Shown here: one piece after another, positions 7,886 through 18,252 of the stretch | Layout of the letters: the number at the start of each line of letters is the position of its first letter | How positions within the stretch are numbered: the first letter of the stretch is position 1 | Notes under the pieces: model-generated | The model's database searches: none | What the model was told of the DNA's origin: nothing | The model's input: the letters and a program-made list of their open reading frames with translations, nothing else | Made by a program: the position numbers and the translations under genes | Source: an uncultured Bacteroidia bacterium | GTDB taxonomy: Bacteria; Bacteroidota; Bacteroidia; NS11-12g; UBA9320 | Reading direction: 5' to 3' | DNA: 64,000 bases | Assembly (NCBI GenBank): GCA_943789165.1 | Contig: CALSTB010000005.1 | Coordinates: 56,398-120,397, forward strand

Positions 7886-9328
7886 ATGTTTCAGCTCAAA
7901 AACTATATCAACGGTGAGTTAGTACCACCTGCTTCTATTCAGTATATCGACAATTTCGAACCAGCTACTGGTAAAATATATGCGCAAATTCCAAGATCGG
8001 ATAAGGCAGATATTGATAAAGCCGTCGCATCTGCCAAAGCAGCGTTTCCAGCTTGGAGTAAAATGCGCACTGAAGAGCGAAGTGCCATCATTATGAAGTT
8101 GTCAGATCTAATTGAGGAGAATTTAGATCGATTGGCAGAAGCGGAAAGTCGAGACAATGGCAAACCTCTGTGGTTGGCTAAATCTGTAGATATTCCTAGA
8201 GCTCGTGATAATTTTGGTTTTTTTGGAACAGCCATCAAACACTTTGCAAGTGAAAGTCATCGAACGGGTGAAGGCTTAATCAATTTTACAACAAGAACAC
8301 CCATCGGAGTGGCGGGTTGTGTTTCCCCATGGAATTTGCCCTTGTATTTGTTTAGTTGGAAGGTGGCTCCAGCATTGGCTGCAGGCAATACCGTCGTCGC
8401 CAAACCAAGTGAAGTGACACCTATGACGGCTTATTTGTTGTCGGAGTTGTGTATCGAAGCAGGTTTTCCAAAGGGCGTTTTTAACATCGTACATGGACTC
8501 GGCGCAGAAGCAGGTAACGCGATTGTCGAACATCCTGATGTGCCGATTATTTCCTTTACTGGAGGAACATCTACGGGTGCTCACATCGCACGAACAGCAG
8601 CACCGATGTTTAAGAAATTGAGCTTGGAACTGGGCGGAAAAAACCCAAACATCATTTTTGATGACTGCGATTTTGACAAAGCATTAAAAACGACATTGAA
8701 TTCATCATTTGCCAATCAAGGTCAAATCTGTTTGTGTGGATCGAGAATTTATATCCAACGAGGAATCTATGAAAAATTCCGTGATGCCTTTGTTGACAAA
8801 GTATCCAAGTTTAAAGTGGGCAACCCCATGGCTGATGATAGCCGTATGGGCGCCATCGTTTCTGAACAACACTTCGAAAAAGTAAAAAGCTATATCGCCC
8901 TAGCGAAAGAAGAAGGTGGGACGATTTTGACGGGTGGAGAGGCAGTTCAGCTGGATGGAGAATTTGCCGAGGGTTGGTACTTAAGACCTACTATTATTGA
9001 AGGACTGGATGAGAATTGTCGCACCAATCAAGAAGAGATCTTCGGACCTGTGGTGACGATCCAACCGTTTGATACGGAAGAAGAAGCCTTGGCTTTAGCG
9101 AACTCAACTGGCTATGGTTTGGCCTCAACTATTTGGACTCAGGACATATCAAAAGCACACCGAATGGCTGATACAATCAAAGCCGGCATCGTTTGGGTGA
9201 ATTGTTGGTTGGTCCGTGATTTGCGAACTCCATTTGGGGGCATGAAAAACTCTGGCGTCGGGCGTGAAGGCGGCTGGGAAGCATTGAAGTTTTTTACCGA
9301 AGCGAAGAATATTTGCATCAAGTATTAA
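7886..9328 (+). CDS. NAD(P)-dependent aldehyde dehydrogenase
   Basis: ALDH hallmarks are present: ELGGKNP, catalytic Cys in FANQGQICLCGSRIY, a GxGxxG-like FTGGTSTG, and a length of 480 aa. Confidence 0.9.
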   Translation: MFQLKNYINGELVPPASIQYIDNFEPATGKIYAQIPRSDKADIDKAVASAKAAFPAWSKMRTEERSAIIMKLSDLIEENLDRLAEAESRDNGKPLWLAKSVDIPRARDNFGFFGTAIKHFASESHRTGEGLINFTTRTPIGVAGCVSPWNLPLYLFSWKVAPALAAGNTVVAKPSEVTPMTAYLLSELCIEAGFPKGVFNIVHGLGAEAGNAIVEHPDVPIISFTGGTSTGAHIARTAAPMFKKLSLELGGKNPNIIFDDCDFDKALKTTLNSSFANQGQICLCGSRIYIQRGIYEKFRDAFVDKVSKFKVGNPMADDSRMGAIVSEQHFEKVKSYIALAKEEGGTILTGGEAVQLDGEFAEGWYLRPTIIEGLDENCRTNQEEIFGPVVTIQPFDTEEEALALANSTGYGLASTIWTQDISKAHRMADTIKAGIVWVNCWLVRDLRTPFGGMKNSGVGREGGWEALKFFTEAKNICIKY

Positions 9329-9392
9329 TAGTCGATTGACATTTGACAACTGAGAGGCTGTGCAACCCTAAATAGTGTGGATCAGACATTTT

Positions 9393-9422
9393 CAATTATC
9401 AAATATCAATTATCAATTGTTC
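9393..9422. repeat. Solo TTGATAW heptamer array (4 units) in the ALDH-DUF4290 intergenic region
   Basis: The + strand reads ttcaattatcaaatatcaattatcaattg; its reverse complement is caattgataattgatatttgataattgaa. The same motif is found at 27443 and 27845. Confidence 0.7.
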
Positions 9423-9478
9423 GTCGTTCATTGTAAATCGTACATTGTTAATTGCCCCACTCCCCTTAAATTCGCAAG

Positions 9479-10144
9479 ATGGAACACAACATGGCGTATA
9501 ATACGCAAGCAGAACCAATGGCAATCTCTGAATATGGCCGATCGGTTCAGGAAATGGTAGAACACATTTGCACAATTCCAGACAGAATAAAACGCAACGA
9601 ACTGGCTCGTACAATGATTCAGATTATGATTAACCTGAATCCCGCTGTCAAAGAGTTGGAAGATTACGAACATAAATTATGGGACCACTTATTCATCATT
9701 TCGGATTTCGAACTAGATGTGGACGGTCCGTTTGAAAAGCCAAGTAGAGAAGCAGTTGAGAAAAAACCTGAGCAGATTCCATATAAGGATGAGTTAATCA
9801 AGTTTAGATTTTACGGCAGAAACCTACAAACCATGGTGGAACAAGCAGCCGAAATGGAAGACCCAGAAATCAAAGAAGCGTTTATCAATTACATCGCTTC
9901 CTTTATGGTGAATTCATCGCGCAACTGGAATGACGAGAATCTTGACAAAGCAACTGTTATTGAGCACTTAAGAACCTTATCAAAAGGGACTTTGAACCTT
10001 ACTGAAGACGATTTGCAAATACACATTGAAGCAAACAGAACAAGGTCCAAAAACTTCAAATCAAACAGCAAACAACGCGGTAACAAGAAGTACGGTCAGA
10101 ACAGAAATCAAAACAGAAATAGAAACCAAAAGCGTAAGTATTAA
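9479..10144 (+). CDS. DUF4290 family protein with basic C-terminal tail
   Basis: A conserved Bacteroidetes protein that characteristically sits immediately upstream of murA. The C-terminus is NRNQNRNRNQKRKY. Confidence 0.55.
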   Translation: MEHNMAYNTQAEPMAISEYGRSVQEMVEHICTIPDRIKRNELARTMIQIMINLNPAVKELEDYEHKLWDHLFIISDFELDVDGPFEKPSREAVEKKPEQIPYKDELIKFRFYGRNLQTMVEQAAEMEDPEIKEAFINYIASFMVNSSRNWNDENLDKATVIEHLRTLSKGTLNLTEDDLQIHIEANRTRSKNFKSNSKQRGNKKYGQNRNQNRNRNQKRKY

Positions 10145-11451
10145 TGGGTACGTTTAAAATTACCGGGGGACATAAACTAAAAGGGGAAATCATACCGCAA
10201 GGAGCAAAGAACGAGGCACTACAGGTGTTGTCGGCCGTTTTGCTGACTCCCGAAGAAGTTATTTTAGAAAACATACCAGCCATTCGCGATGTCAATAAAC
10301 TCATTGACTTGCTAAAGGGTCTTGGCGTAAAAGTGAAGCAACTTAATTCTGAAGATTATTCGTTTAAGGCGGATGAAATCGACCTAGACTACCTAGACTC
10401 AGTTGATTTCAGAAATAAAGCAAAAAGTATTCGCGGTTCGGTTATGATTATCGGTCCGTTATTGGCTCGTTTCGGCAAAGGATATATTCCTAGTCCGGGC
10501 GGCGATAAAATTGGCAGACGAAGATTGGATACCCACTTCATTGGGTTTGAAAGCTTAGGGGCCGATTTTGAATTTCTAAGAGACGAGAACTTCTACCAAA
10601 TAAAAGCGGAGAAATTAGTGGGTGCTGACATGCTTTTACATGAAGCCTCAGTGACAGGAACAGCCAATATTGTCATGGGCGCAACTATGGCAGAAGGCAT
10701 TACCACCATTTACAACGCAGCATGTGAACCTTATGTACAGCAGTTATGTAAAATGCTGAATGCAATGGGCGCCAAAATATCTGGCGTTGGCTCCAATCTC
10801 TTGACCATAGAAGGTGTTAAATCATTGGGTGGATGTACTCATCGATTACTTCCTGACATGATTGAGGTGGGCAGTTTTATTGCTTTAGCGACCATCACCA
10901 ATTCTGACATTACCATCAAAGACGTCAACATTAAAGAACTTGGAATTATCCCTGAAACCTTTAGACGTTTGGGTGTGAATTTCGATGTGGTAGGTGACGA
11001 TATACGGGTTCACGACAACGAAACCTATACGATTGAAAGCTTCATCGACGGTTCGATGATGACGATTGCTGACGCACCATGGCCAGGACTAACACCAGAT
11101 TTGCTGAGTGTTATTTTGGTAATGTGCACACAAGCAAACGGCAATGTATTGATACATCAAAAGATGTTTGAAAGTCGGTTGTTTTTTGTCGATAGTTTGA
11201 TAGACATGGGCGCGCAAATCATCCTATGTGATCCACACCGAGCAACGGTTATGGGACTAAATCGTAGAGTGAATTTAAAAGGCATACAGATGACATCGCC
11301 TGATATTCGAGCAGGTGTGTCTTTGTTGATTGCTGCCATGAGTGCCGAAGGAGTGAGTACGATTCACAACATCGAACAGATCGACCGAGGGTATCAAAAC
11401 ATCGAAGGTCGTTTGAACGCCATTGGAGCGAAGATTGAACGCGTTGCCTAA
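10144..11451 (+). CDS. murA: UDP-N-acetylglucosamine 1-carboxyvinyltransferase MurA (Asp in place of the active-site Cys)
   Basis: The N-terminus KITGGHKLKGEIIPQGAKNEALQ and a length of 435 aa match MurA. The active-site loop reads PSPGGDKIGRRRLD, with D121 where E. coli has C115. Confidence 0.95.
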   Translation: MGTFKITGGHKLKGEIIPQGAKNEALQVLSAVLLTPEEVILENIPAIRDVNKLIDLLKGLGVKVKQLNSEDYSFKADEIDLDYLDSVDFRNKAKSIRGSVMIIGPLLARFGKGYIPSPGGDKIGRRRLDTHFIGFESLGADFEFLRDENFYQIKAEKLVGADMLLHEASVTGTANIVMGATMAEGITTIYNAACEPYVQQLCKMLNAMGAKISGVGSNLLTIEGVKSLGGCTHRLLPDMIEVGSFIALATITNSDITIKDVNIKELGIIPETFRRLGVNFDVVGDDIRVHDNETYTIESFIDGSMMTIADAPWPGLTPDLLSVILVMCTQANGNVLIHQKMFESRLFFVDSLIDMGAQIILCDPHRATVMGLNRRVNLKGIQMTSPDIRAGVSLLIAAMSAEGVSTIHNIEQIDRGYQNIEGRLNAIGAKIERVA

Positions 11452-11918
11452 TGCGTTTTTGGTTTGTTTTATTGTTAGCCGTATCGACGGTTAGTCTTGC
11501 ACCCAAAACAGACAACGATCCATTTGACTATAGCAGTTTTAAAGCGTATTACGAATTGAATGATTCTGTTCAATCTAACCTGAAAGGGAAAACGGTTTTA
11601 ATTCAATTTTGGGCTACTTGGTGTCTGCCATGTCGGGTTAAAAACGGTGAATTAAACCAAACCTATTCAGAATTCGGCAACGACCATTTCGAAATCATCA
11701 GCGTGGCCTTAGATACCGATTCAGCTGCTTGGAAAAAAGCAATCAAAAACGACAGAATTCAGTGGTCTACTCACGTAATGGACACCAATAAGTGGAACAG
11801 TCCTTTTTTGAAAAAAGCCAAAATTTATTATTTGCCCAACAACATTTTAGTGGATAGTACTGGCACAGTGATTGGACGAGAATTGTCTATCGACGATCTT
11901 GAAAAAGCCCTTAAATAG
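11451..11918 (+). CDS. TlpA-like thiol:disulfide oxidoreductase (thioredoxin fold, secreted)
   Basis: Signal peptide, then FWATWCLPCRVK (a CxxC motif). Confidence 0.8.
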   Translation: MRFWFVLLLAVSTVSLAPKTDNDPFDYSSFKAYYELNDSVQSNLKGKTVLIQFWATWCLPCRVKNGELNQTYSEFGNDHFEIISVALDTDSAAWKKAIKNDRIQWSTHVMDTNKWNSPFLKKAKIYYLPNNILVDSTGTVIGRELSIDDLEKALK

Positions 11919-12485
11919 ATTGCTTAAAATCCGACTTTAACACAGAGTAAACAGCCATGTCCATAAACTTCCCTTTAAAATAAATACGGTCTTTAAAGTG
12001 GGCTTCTTTTGTAAATCCCATACATTCAAGCAGGTGGATGGCGCCTCTATTCTCAGGAGAAAGCTTGGCTTCAATACTGTGTAGCTCTAATTGTTCAAAA
12101 CCAAATTGGACGATGGTTTGAGCAGCTTCTAGGGCGATGTGTTTGCCCCAATACGAAGTGGCAAGTTCTCCGCCTAGTTCAGCTCTTAGGTTTGGATAAT
12201 CAATTTGGTTAAATCCACAAGATCCAATGATGGTATTGTGTTCGCGCAGCAAACCAGCCCAACCAATGCCTTTTTTAGCAGCAAACGTGTCATTGGTCTT
12301 TTGAACCAAAGTTTCCGCGTCACTAGCCGATAACATGGAATCTCGTGCAATAAATTGGTTGACTGCTTGGTTTGATCGCATGGCAAAAATCGCCTCTGCA
12401 TCGCCAGGTAATATGTTTCTTAACGTTAAGCGTTTCGTTTTTAGAATCGGAAACGAGTTGAAGACTGAATCGTTGACTTTCATGA
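11911..12485 (-). CDS. GNAT family N-acetyltransferase (RimJ/RimL-like)
   Basis: ILKTKRLTLRNILPGDAEAIFAMRSN...GSCGFN...HSIEAKLSPENRGAIHLLECMGF. The start was taken at the internal Met (MKVNDSV); the ORF itself extends to 12552. Confidence 0.75.
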
Positions 12486-12663
12486 CAGCAAGATATTGTG
12501 CGAAAGTTAAGGCAATTAACTGACAGGCGACCACTAGAAACGCGTAAAACATGTTGAATTAAGGTGTCAATATGGCACGGTTCTTCTAATTCCTTTAAAC
12601 ATTGGCACGCTGGCCCGCTTGGCAAACTTATTGTAACCTGAAGTTTGATTAATCATTTTTGAA

Positions 12664-13203
12664 ATGGCTAAGAAAAAAAAGGAAGAAAAAGCAAAGGAAG
12701 AAGCAGTTGTTGACCAAGTTGACGGTCAGGCAGAAGAAACAAACGAGGAGCAGTCGAAGCCAGTAAACTGGGAAGAAAAAGCAGCGGAGTTAAACGACAA
12801 ATACCTACGGTTATATTCAGAGTTCGACAATTTCAGAAGACGTACCCAAAAGGAGCGCGCTGAATTAATTAAGTCGGCGGGGAAAGACATCTTATCAGAC
12901 TTGTTGCCAGTGGTGGACGATTTTGACAGGACTATGGATGCCATGGACAAGACGGAAGACGTAAAGGCGTTTACAGAAGGCGTTAAACTGGTTCAACAAA
13001 AATTCTTAAACGTGTTGCAAAAGCAAGGCATGGCTCATTTCGAAACGAAGGGAGAAGCCTTTGATCCAGAATTGCACGAAGCAATAACGAAGATACCTGC
13101 ACCAAGCGACGACTTGAAGGGCAAAGTGGTTGACGTGATTGAAAAGGGCTATATGCTCAACGAAAAAGTACTTCGCTACGCAAAAGTGGTGGTAGGAGAA
13201 TAA
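12664..13203 (+). CDS. grpE: Nucleotide exchange factor GrpE
   Basis: GrpE family sequence directly upstream of dnaJ. Confidence 0.95.
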   Translation: MAKKKKEEKAKEEAVVDQVDGQAEETNEEQSKPVNWEEKAAELNDKYLRLYSEFDNFRRRTQKERAELIKSAGKDILSDLLPVVDDFDRTMDAMDKTEDVKAFTEGVKLVQQKFLNVLQKQGMAHFETKGEAFDPELHEAITKIPAPSDDLKGKVVDVIEKGYMLNEKVLRYAKVVVGE

Positions 13204-13207
13204 GAAC

Positions 13208-14341
13208 ATGGCAAAAAGAGACTTTTACGAAATTCTAGGTGTATCTAAATCGGCAACAGACGCTGAGTTAAAAAAGGCGTATCGCAAGTTGGCGATTAAG
13301 TTTCACCCTGACAAAAATCCAGACAACAAGGAAGCTGAAGAGAAGTTTAAAGAAGCTGCTGAAGCCTACGAAATCTTAAGCAATCCAGACAAGCGAGCAA
13401 GATATGACCGTTTTGGTCATCAAGGTCTTGGAGGCGCTGCTGGCGGTCAAGGTGGATTTGGCGGTGGTATGTCAATGGACGACATTTTTAGCCAATTCGG
13501 CGACATCTTTGGTGGCGGCGGAGGAGGTGGAAGTCCTTTTGAAAGTTTCTTTGGCGGAGGTCGGAGTAGAAGTCGTCAAGCCATTGGCAGCAACATTCGT
13601 ATCAAACTTAAACTGAGTTTAGAAGAGATAACGAATGGCGTTGAAAAGAAAATAAAACATACCAAGAAGGTTGTAGCGCCAGGGGTAAAGTTCAATACCT
13701 GTAGCACGTGTCAAGGTCGCGGTCAGGTGACCCAAGTGACCAATACCTTTTTAGGTCAAATGCAAAGCACCACATCGTGTCCGGCTTGTGGCGGTAGTGG
13801 TAAAACCATCGGTACGCGCCCTCCAGGTGCAGACCACCAAGGATTGATTACCGAAGAAGTAACTACGACGTTAAACATCCCAGCGGGTGTTGAAGACGGT
13901 ATGCAGTTGTCGGTAAACGGAAAAGGAAACGAGATACCAGGTGGCATTCCAGGTGATTTAATCGTTTTAGTTGAAGAAAAAGACCACGACGATTTAAAGC
14001 GTGAAGGAAATAACATTATTTACAACCTATATATCAGTTTTCCAACTGCCGCGTTAGGCGCAGAAGTAGAAGTGCCAACTGTTTCAGGCCGTGTAAGAAT
14101 TAAAATTGAACCTGGCACACAAGCTGGGAAGATATTGAGGTTGCGAAATAAAGGAGTGCCTGATTTAAATGGTAGAGGTAGGGGAGATCAGTTGATCCAA
14201 ATCAACGTGTGGACACCTGCAAAACTAACATCTGAAGAAAAAGCAATTCTAAAGAAACTAGAAGAATCTGGGAACTTTAAACCTGATCCGTCGAAAAGCG
14301 AAAAAGGCTTTTTTGATAGAATGAGAGAATACTTCAATTAA
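13208..14341 (+). CDS. dnaJ: Molecular chaperone DnaJ (reduced zinc-finger region with only two CxxCxGxG motifs)
   Basis: J-domain with HPD (KFHPDKNP), a Gly/Phe-rich region, CSTCQGRG and CPACGGSG, and C-terminal domains. Length is 377 aa. Confidence 0.95.
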   Translation: MAKRDFYEILGVSKSATDAELKKAYRKLAIKFHPDKNPDNKEAEEKFKEAAEAYEILSNPDKRARYDRFGHQGLGGAAGGQGGFGGGMSMDDIFSQFGDIFGGGGGGGSPFESFFGGGRSRSRQAIGSNIRIKLKLSLEEITNGVEKKIKHTKKVVAPGVKFNTCSTCQGRGQVTQVTNTFLGQMQSTTSCPACGGSGKTIGTRPPGADHQGLITEEVTTTLNIPAGVEDGMQLSVNGKGNEIPGGIPGDLIVLVEEKDHDDLKREGNNIIYNLYISFPTAALGAEVEVPTVSGRVRIKIEPGTQAGKILRLRNKGVPDLNGRGRGDQLIQINVWTPAKLTSEEKAILKKLEESGNFKPDPSKSEKGFFDRMREYFN

Positions 14342-14343
14342 TC

Positions 14344-14892
14344 ATGTCGTTTATCCGAAAACACTGGTCGAACCTACTGTTTGCTGTGTTGGTCTTGTTA
14401 TTGATAGTCCCACAAACGGGTAAACCGATTAAAATATATCTACACCAATTACTTGCGTTTAGTCCATCCATTAAGGAGGAAAGTAAACGGACCAAGATTG
14501 AGTCTTACGACTGGGTGCTTGTCGATTCGCACGGACAAAAAATTGATTTCAATTCTTTTAAAGGCAAAAAGATTGTGGTTAATTTTTGGGCGACTTGGTG
14601 TCCACCTTGCATTGCCGAAATGTCAAGCTTTCAACAATTGTATGATGAGTTTAATGAAGACGTCGTGTTTTTGTTTGTCACCAACGACGATGAAGAAACG
14701 GTGAAACATTTCCTCACTCAAAGAAAATTACACCTACCTGTGTATCACGAAGTAACAAGTCCATTTCCAGAGTTTGAAGGGAACAATTTACCAACTACTT
14801 TTATCGTGAACGAAAATCAAGAAATCGTAGTAAAGAAAAAAGGTTCTGCGGATTGGTATTCTGAAGAGGTTAGGGATTTGTTGCGGGAATAG
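14344..14892 (+). CDS. TlpA-like thiol:disulfide oxidoreductase (membrane-anchored thioredoxin)
   Basis: N-terminal TM segment, then FWATWCPPCIAEM. Confidence 0.8.
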   Translation: MSFIRKHWSNLLFAVLVLLLIVPQTGKPIKIYLHQLLAFSPSIKEESKRTKIESYDWVLVDSHGQKIDFNSFKGKKIVVNFWATWCPPCIAEMSSFQQLYDEFNEDVVFLFVTNDDEETVKHFLTQRKLHLPVYHEVTSPFPEFEGNNLPTTFIVNENQEIVVKKKGSADWYSEEVRDLLRE

Positions 14893-14907
14893 TAGACTCA
14901 AAGTTAT

Positions 14908-15555
14908 TTAGTTCTTCATCCAGCCAGCAATGCTGCTTCGATCTCTAGTGGGAGACGCATTGACTTCATGCGACATTTCATCGCTTCTGAAAAACACCAT
15001 ACGCCCACCAATTGGAGTTATGTGAACGACTTCTTGGTCTCTTGGGTGTAGTGACAAAGCTCCTCCGTCTTCACTTTTCCAGTCATCGTTGAGGTATAAA
15101 ACGATTGAAAATTTGCGACCTTGTTCGGATTTGAATTGGTCAACATGACGTTTATACATAGAGCCCTTTTCATAAGAGGCGTAGTGACTTTCAAAACTTG
15201 CAATCGAGGTATAGCATGTTTTGTTTAAATGGCTGATAAACTTAGAGACCTTAGCCAAATACAGCATTTCAAATGGATCCTGACTTATGGCTTCAATCCA
15301 ATTAATTTTATCGCCTCGAATGTGTGAGTTAAACTGAAACTTTGATTGATTTCCAATGCCCGATTCTTTCAACTTGCCGGCCTCAGATAATCGATGAAGA
15401 TTGTTACGTAAACCAACAACAGTTTCTGGTGATAAGAAATCGTTGCAGCAACCAAAAGCATTGTCAATTAGACCTTGAATCAGTTCTTCAAATTGAATCG
15501 CCTCAGAATCCATAAATACAACTTTAATTGTTTTCCTAACTGAATGGATATCCAA
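14908..15555 (-). CDS. 2-oxoglutarate/Fe(II)-dependent oxygenase (prolyl 4-hydroxylase-like)
   Basis: HxD...H facial triad (YKRHVDQF ... GGALSLH) and a P4Hc-like LYLNDDW motif. Confidence 0.7.
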   Translation of the reverse strand: MDIHSVRKTIKVVFMDSEAIQFEELIQGLIDNAFGCCNDFLSPETVVGLRNNLHRLSEAGKLKESGIGNQSKFQFNSHIRGDKINWIEAISQDPFEMLYLAKVSKFISHLNKTCYTSIASFESHYASYEKGSMYKRHVDQFKSEQGRKFSIVLYLNDDWKSEDGGALSLHPRDQEVVHITPIGGRMVFFRSDEMSHEVNASPTRDRSSIAGWMKN

Positions 15556-15655
15556 TGAGGAGGTAGTAAAGAAAGGTATTTATTTGATCATTTTACAAGA
15601 AAATAATTGCGTAAAAATTGAGGTGCATTTTGTGTAGAAAATGATTGCGGAATCA

Positions 15656-16687
15656 CTACTTTACAATCCTAAACCCAAAGTGGTTGTTGCCTCGGTTTTC
15701 GAAGTCCGATGCCCGCGCATATGTCAAAAGTGTGGCAGAATGGTAATTCCATGAACCACCTCGACGCACACGTTTGGCCTCTGACCCTGCATTAGAATTC
15801 ATAGGGTTTGTTACGCCGTCTTTATAAAAAGAGGCGCTATAATAATCTTGACACCATTCCCACACATTGCCACCCATGTCGTATAATTTGTAAGGGTTTG
15901 GAGGGTAATACCCTGTGACAACCGAATGCCCGTCTGGATCATAAACACCTGGAGTATCGCCGTTGTAGTTGGCCTTGGCTGAGGACAATGTCCCGTCATC
16001 GGTTGGGTATTGAAGTTGTTGTCCGCCGCGTGCTGCATATTCCCATTGCGCTTCGGTTGGTAAGCTTACATTGTAATATTGAGCGAAAGCATTTGCGCCA
16101 AACCATTTGACCCAATTAACTGGCCAGTCTACATTCTTACTATTTAGGACCTCAAAGGTATTGTTGGTCGTGTTAAAAGTGATCCAACTTTTGTTATTGA
16201 TGTGTTCTGGCTCACCGCCACTGGTGCAACCGCCTGTTTCACCAAGTTGAACATATATTTCACCCGCATTTGGTGCACTGCCTTTTCCTTTAACTACTTT
16301 TTCGGTACTTGAACCGCATGGGTCGGCTACTTTTTCGTCAACCACTTCAATCCATCCGTCAGCATAAGCAGCATTCAAAAAATCGACATATTGTTGGTTG
16401 GTAATTTCCTTTTCCGACATAGTAAATGCCGAAAGTGTAACGCTCACTTCTGGCGCGTCATTGGCCATTGTGGTTCCACCCATGGTAAACGTTCCTGCAG
16501 GTATGTCGACCATTTTTATACTCGATGGGAGGTCGTTGTTTTGGGTGTTTGGGTTGTCAGAGATTGGCTCCTCTTTGTCGCCGCATGAAGAACAGAGCAA
16601 CGCGGTACATATTACAAAAGCCAATTGTAAAAGAGTTTTTGGGGAATAGTATCTATTGACAGTCATTAAACGATTCTTTGCTTGCAA
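15656..16687 (-). CDS. FGE-sulfatase (SUMF1) domain lipoprotein
   Basis: Lipobox LLCSSC. FGE-domain motifs FTMGG, WEWCQDYY, RVRRGGSWNY and a C-terminal GFRIVK. It is a stand-alone gene, not in a gldKLMN context. Confidence 0.75.
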   Translation of the reverse strand: MQAKNRLMTVNRYYSPKTLLQLAFVICTALLCSSCGDKEEPISDNPNTQNNDLPSSIKMVDIPAGTFTMGGTTMANDAPEVSVTLSAFTMSEKEITNQQYVDFLNAAYADGWIEVVDEKVADPCGSSTEKVVKGKGSAPNAGEIYVQLGETGGCTSGGEPEHINNKSWITFNTTNNTFEVLNSKNVDWPVNWVKWFGANAFAQYYNVSLPTEAQWEYAARGGQQLQYPTDDGTLSSAKANYNGDTPGVYDPDGHSVVTGYYPPNPYKLYDMGGNVWEWCQDYYSASFYKDGVTNPMNSNAGSEAKRVRRGGSWNYHSATLLTYARASDFENRGNNHFGFRIVK

Positions 16688-16754
16688 ATTACAGAAAACA
16701 TGGGAACCACTTATTTAATATTGGTAACACTGCGTGAAAAATGCTGGTTGACGC

Positions 16755-17732
16755 TTAAAACAACAACTTCATCAACACGACAATCACCACTAATGCAATC
16801 GCAAAGATGATTCCGCCGAAGATGAGGCCTTTTTTACCCGCCGTTAAAAGGGATCGTAATCCAACCTTTAAACCAATGGCCGCCATAGCCATCGCCAACA
16901 AAAAATTACTGGTGTGCTTAACAGAGGTTAGAAAGGTGGAAGGTAGAGCAACAAAGGAAAAAACGATGGAGATGAGAATGAATGCCACCAAGTACCAAGG
17001 TAGCTTGGCGCGCTTTTTAACACCGTTTTCAACTTCTTTAAAACTAGCTCCAAAGATGAGGAGGGCAGGAGTGAGTAAGGCAACGCGACCTAGTTTAATT
17101 GTCACAGCCATTTCTCCAATGGTGTCGCTCATGGCAAATCCTGCGCCTGCCACATTGCCTACAGCATGAAGTGATGCACCAATTAGGATGCTGTTTTCTA
17201 CATCTGTCAACAGTTCTGCAGTCAAGAAGGGAATGGCAATCATGCCAATCAAACCATATAGGTTGACAACAGCCAATGCCAAACCAATGTCGGCCTTGTC
17301 TTTTACCACCTTAGGTGCGAGTGCAGCAATTGCCGCCGAACCACAGATGGCAGTTCCAAATCCGATAAGCCAGCCTGTGCTTCCCGGACAGTTTAATTTT
17401 TTTGCTAATGATTTGGTCAGGACTAAAACCACAATCATAGTTACGGCAACCAATACGACTGATTGCCACCCAAGTTTGGCCAAGCTTCCGTAATTAATGC
17501 CAAAAGCCATTAACGCAATGGATATTTCCAAAACGCGACCACTACTAAATTTAATACCAAGTGTCGAGGATTCTGGTAACTTGATAATATTACCAACTGC
17601 TACGCCGATTATAAGCGCCATTAAAACCGAATTGAATCCAATCAAATCGGAAAGATAGTACGCCAGTAGGGTGATTAATAAAACAATCGCCGTACCTAAA
17701 AAGCGAGAACTTATTTGGGAAATAAGTCGCAC
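16755..17732 (-). CDS. Polytopic membrane protein, YeiH/UPF0324 (putative sulfate exporter) family-like
   Basis: Roughly 10 hydrophobic helices over 325 aa. The stop overlaps the start of the rhodanese gene by 1 nt. The family assignment comes from overall topology and composition only. Confidence 0.45.
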   Translation of the reverse strand: MRLISQISSRFLGTAIVLLITLLAYYLSDLIGFNSVLMALIIGVAVGNIIKLPESSTLGIKFSSGRVLEISIALMAFGINYGSLAKLGWQSVVLVAVTMIVVLVLTKSLAKKLNCPGSTGWLIGFGTAICGSAAIAALAPKVVKDKADIGLALAVVNLYGLIGMIAIPFLTAELLTDVENSILIGASLHAVGNVAGAGFAMSDTIGEMAVTIKLGRVALLTPALLIFGASFKEVENGVKKRAKLPWYLVAFILISIVFSFVALPSTFLTSVKHTSNFLLAMAMAAIGLKVGLRSLLTAGKKGLIFGGIIFAIALVVIVVLMKLLF

Positions 17733-18148
17733 TATTTTACCACTTCGCCAGTGTAACTAGAGATACCTCCATTCAAGTTGTAGACAGTTTTAAAGCCATT
17801 GTCAATCATAAATTGAGCTGCTTTTCCACTTCGTCCACCGCTTCTGCAATACATGACGTACGTTTTTGATTTGTCGAGTTTCTTTATTTCTTCCTGAAAT
17901 CCATCGGAATAGAAATCAATAAACGTGGTCGCTCCAGTGATGTAACCTTCTGCCACTTCTTCTGGTGTGCGCACATCTACCAAAACTACGTTGTCTTCAG
18001 CTACTTTTGAGGCTAAGTCATTTTGGTTTAAGTCCTGAACAGCAACCGATTGAGTTGATTCTGTGGTTTGGTCAACACTACTTTGTTTGGATGATTGACA
18101 TCCCACAAAACATAAAATACTTAGCGATAAGAATACAAATGCTTTCAT
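17732..18148 (-). CDS. Rhodanese-domain sulfurtransferase lipoprotein
   Basis: Lipobox FVGC. Rhodanese fold with active-site Cys in YCRSGGRSG. Confidence 0.8.
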   Translation of the reverse strand: MKAFVFLSLSILCFVGCQSSKQSSVDQTTESTQSVAVQDLNQNDLASKVAEDNVVLVDVRTPEEVAEGYITGATTFIDFYSDGFQEEIKKLDKSKTYVMYCRSGGRSGKAAQFMIDNGFKTVYNLNGGISSYTGEVVK

Positions 18149-18252
18149 TTCAATTTTTTATAATTCGAAGTTACATCCAAATTGAATAAGATAGCTATTG
18201 GAAGTTTTGATGAAGATATTGGCAACCCTAATACTTGGGTTATAGCGCCTTA

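Noticed and set aside
15656-16687. FGE-domain lipoprotein as GldK or GldJ (T9SS/gliding)
   Set aside because: It is too short (343 aa against about 460-560 aa), has no gldL/M/N neighbours, and the neighbouring genes are sulfur-related rather than gld genes.
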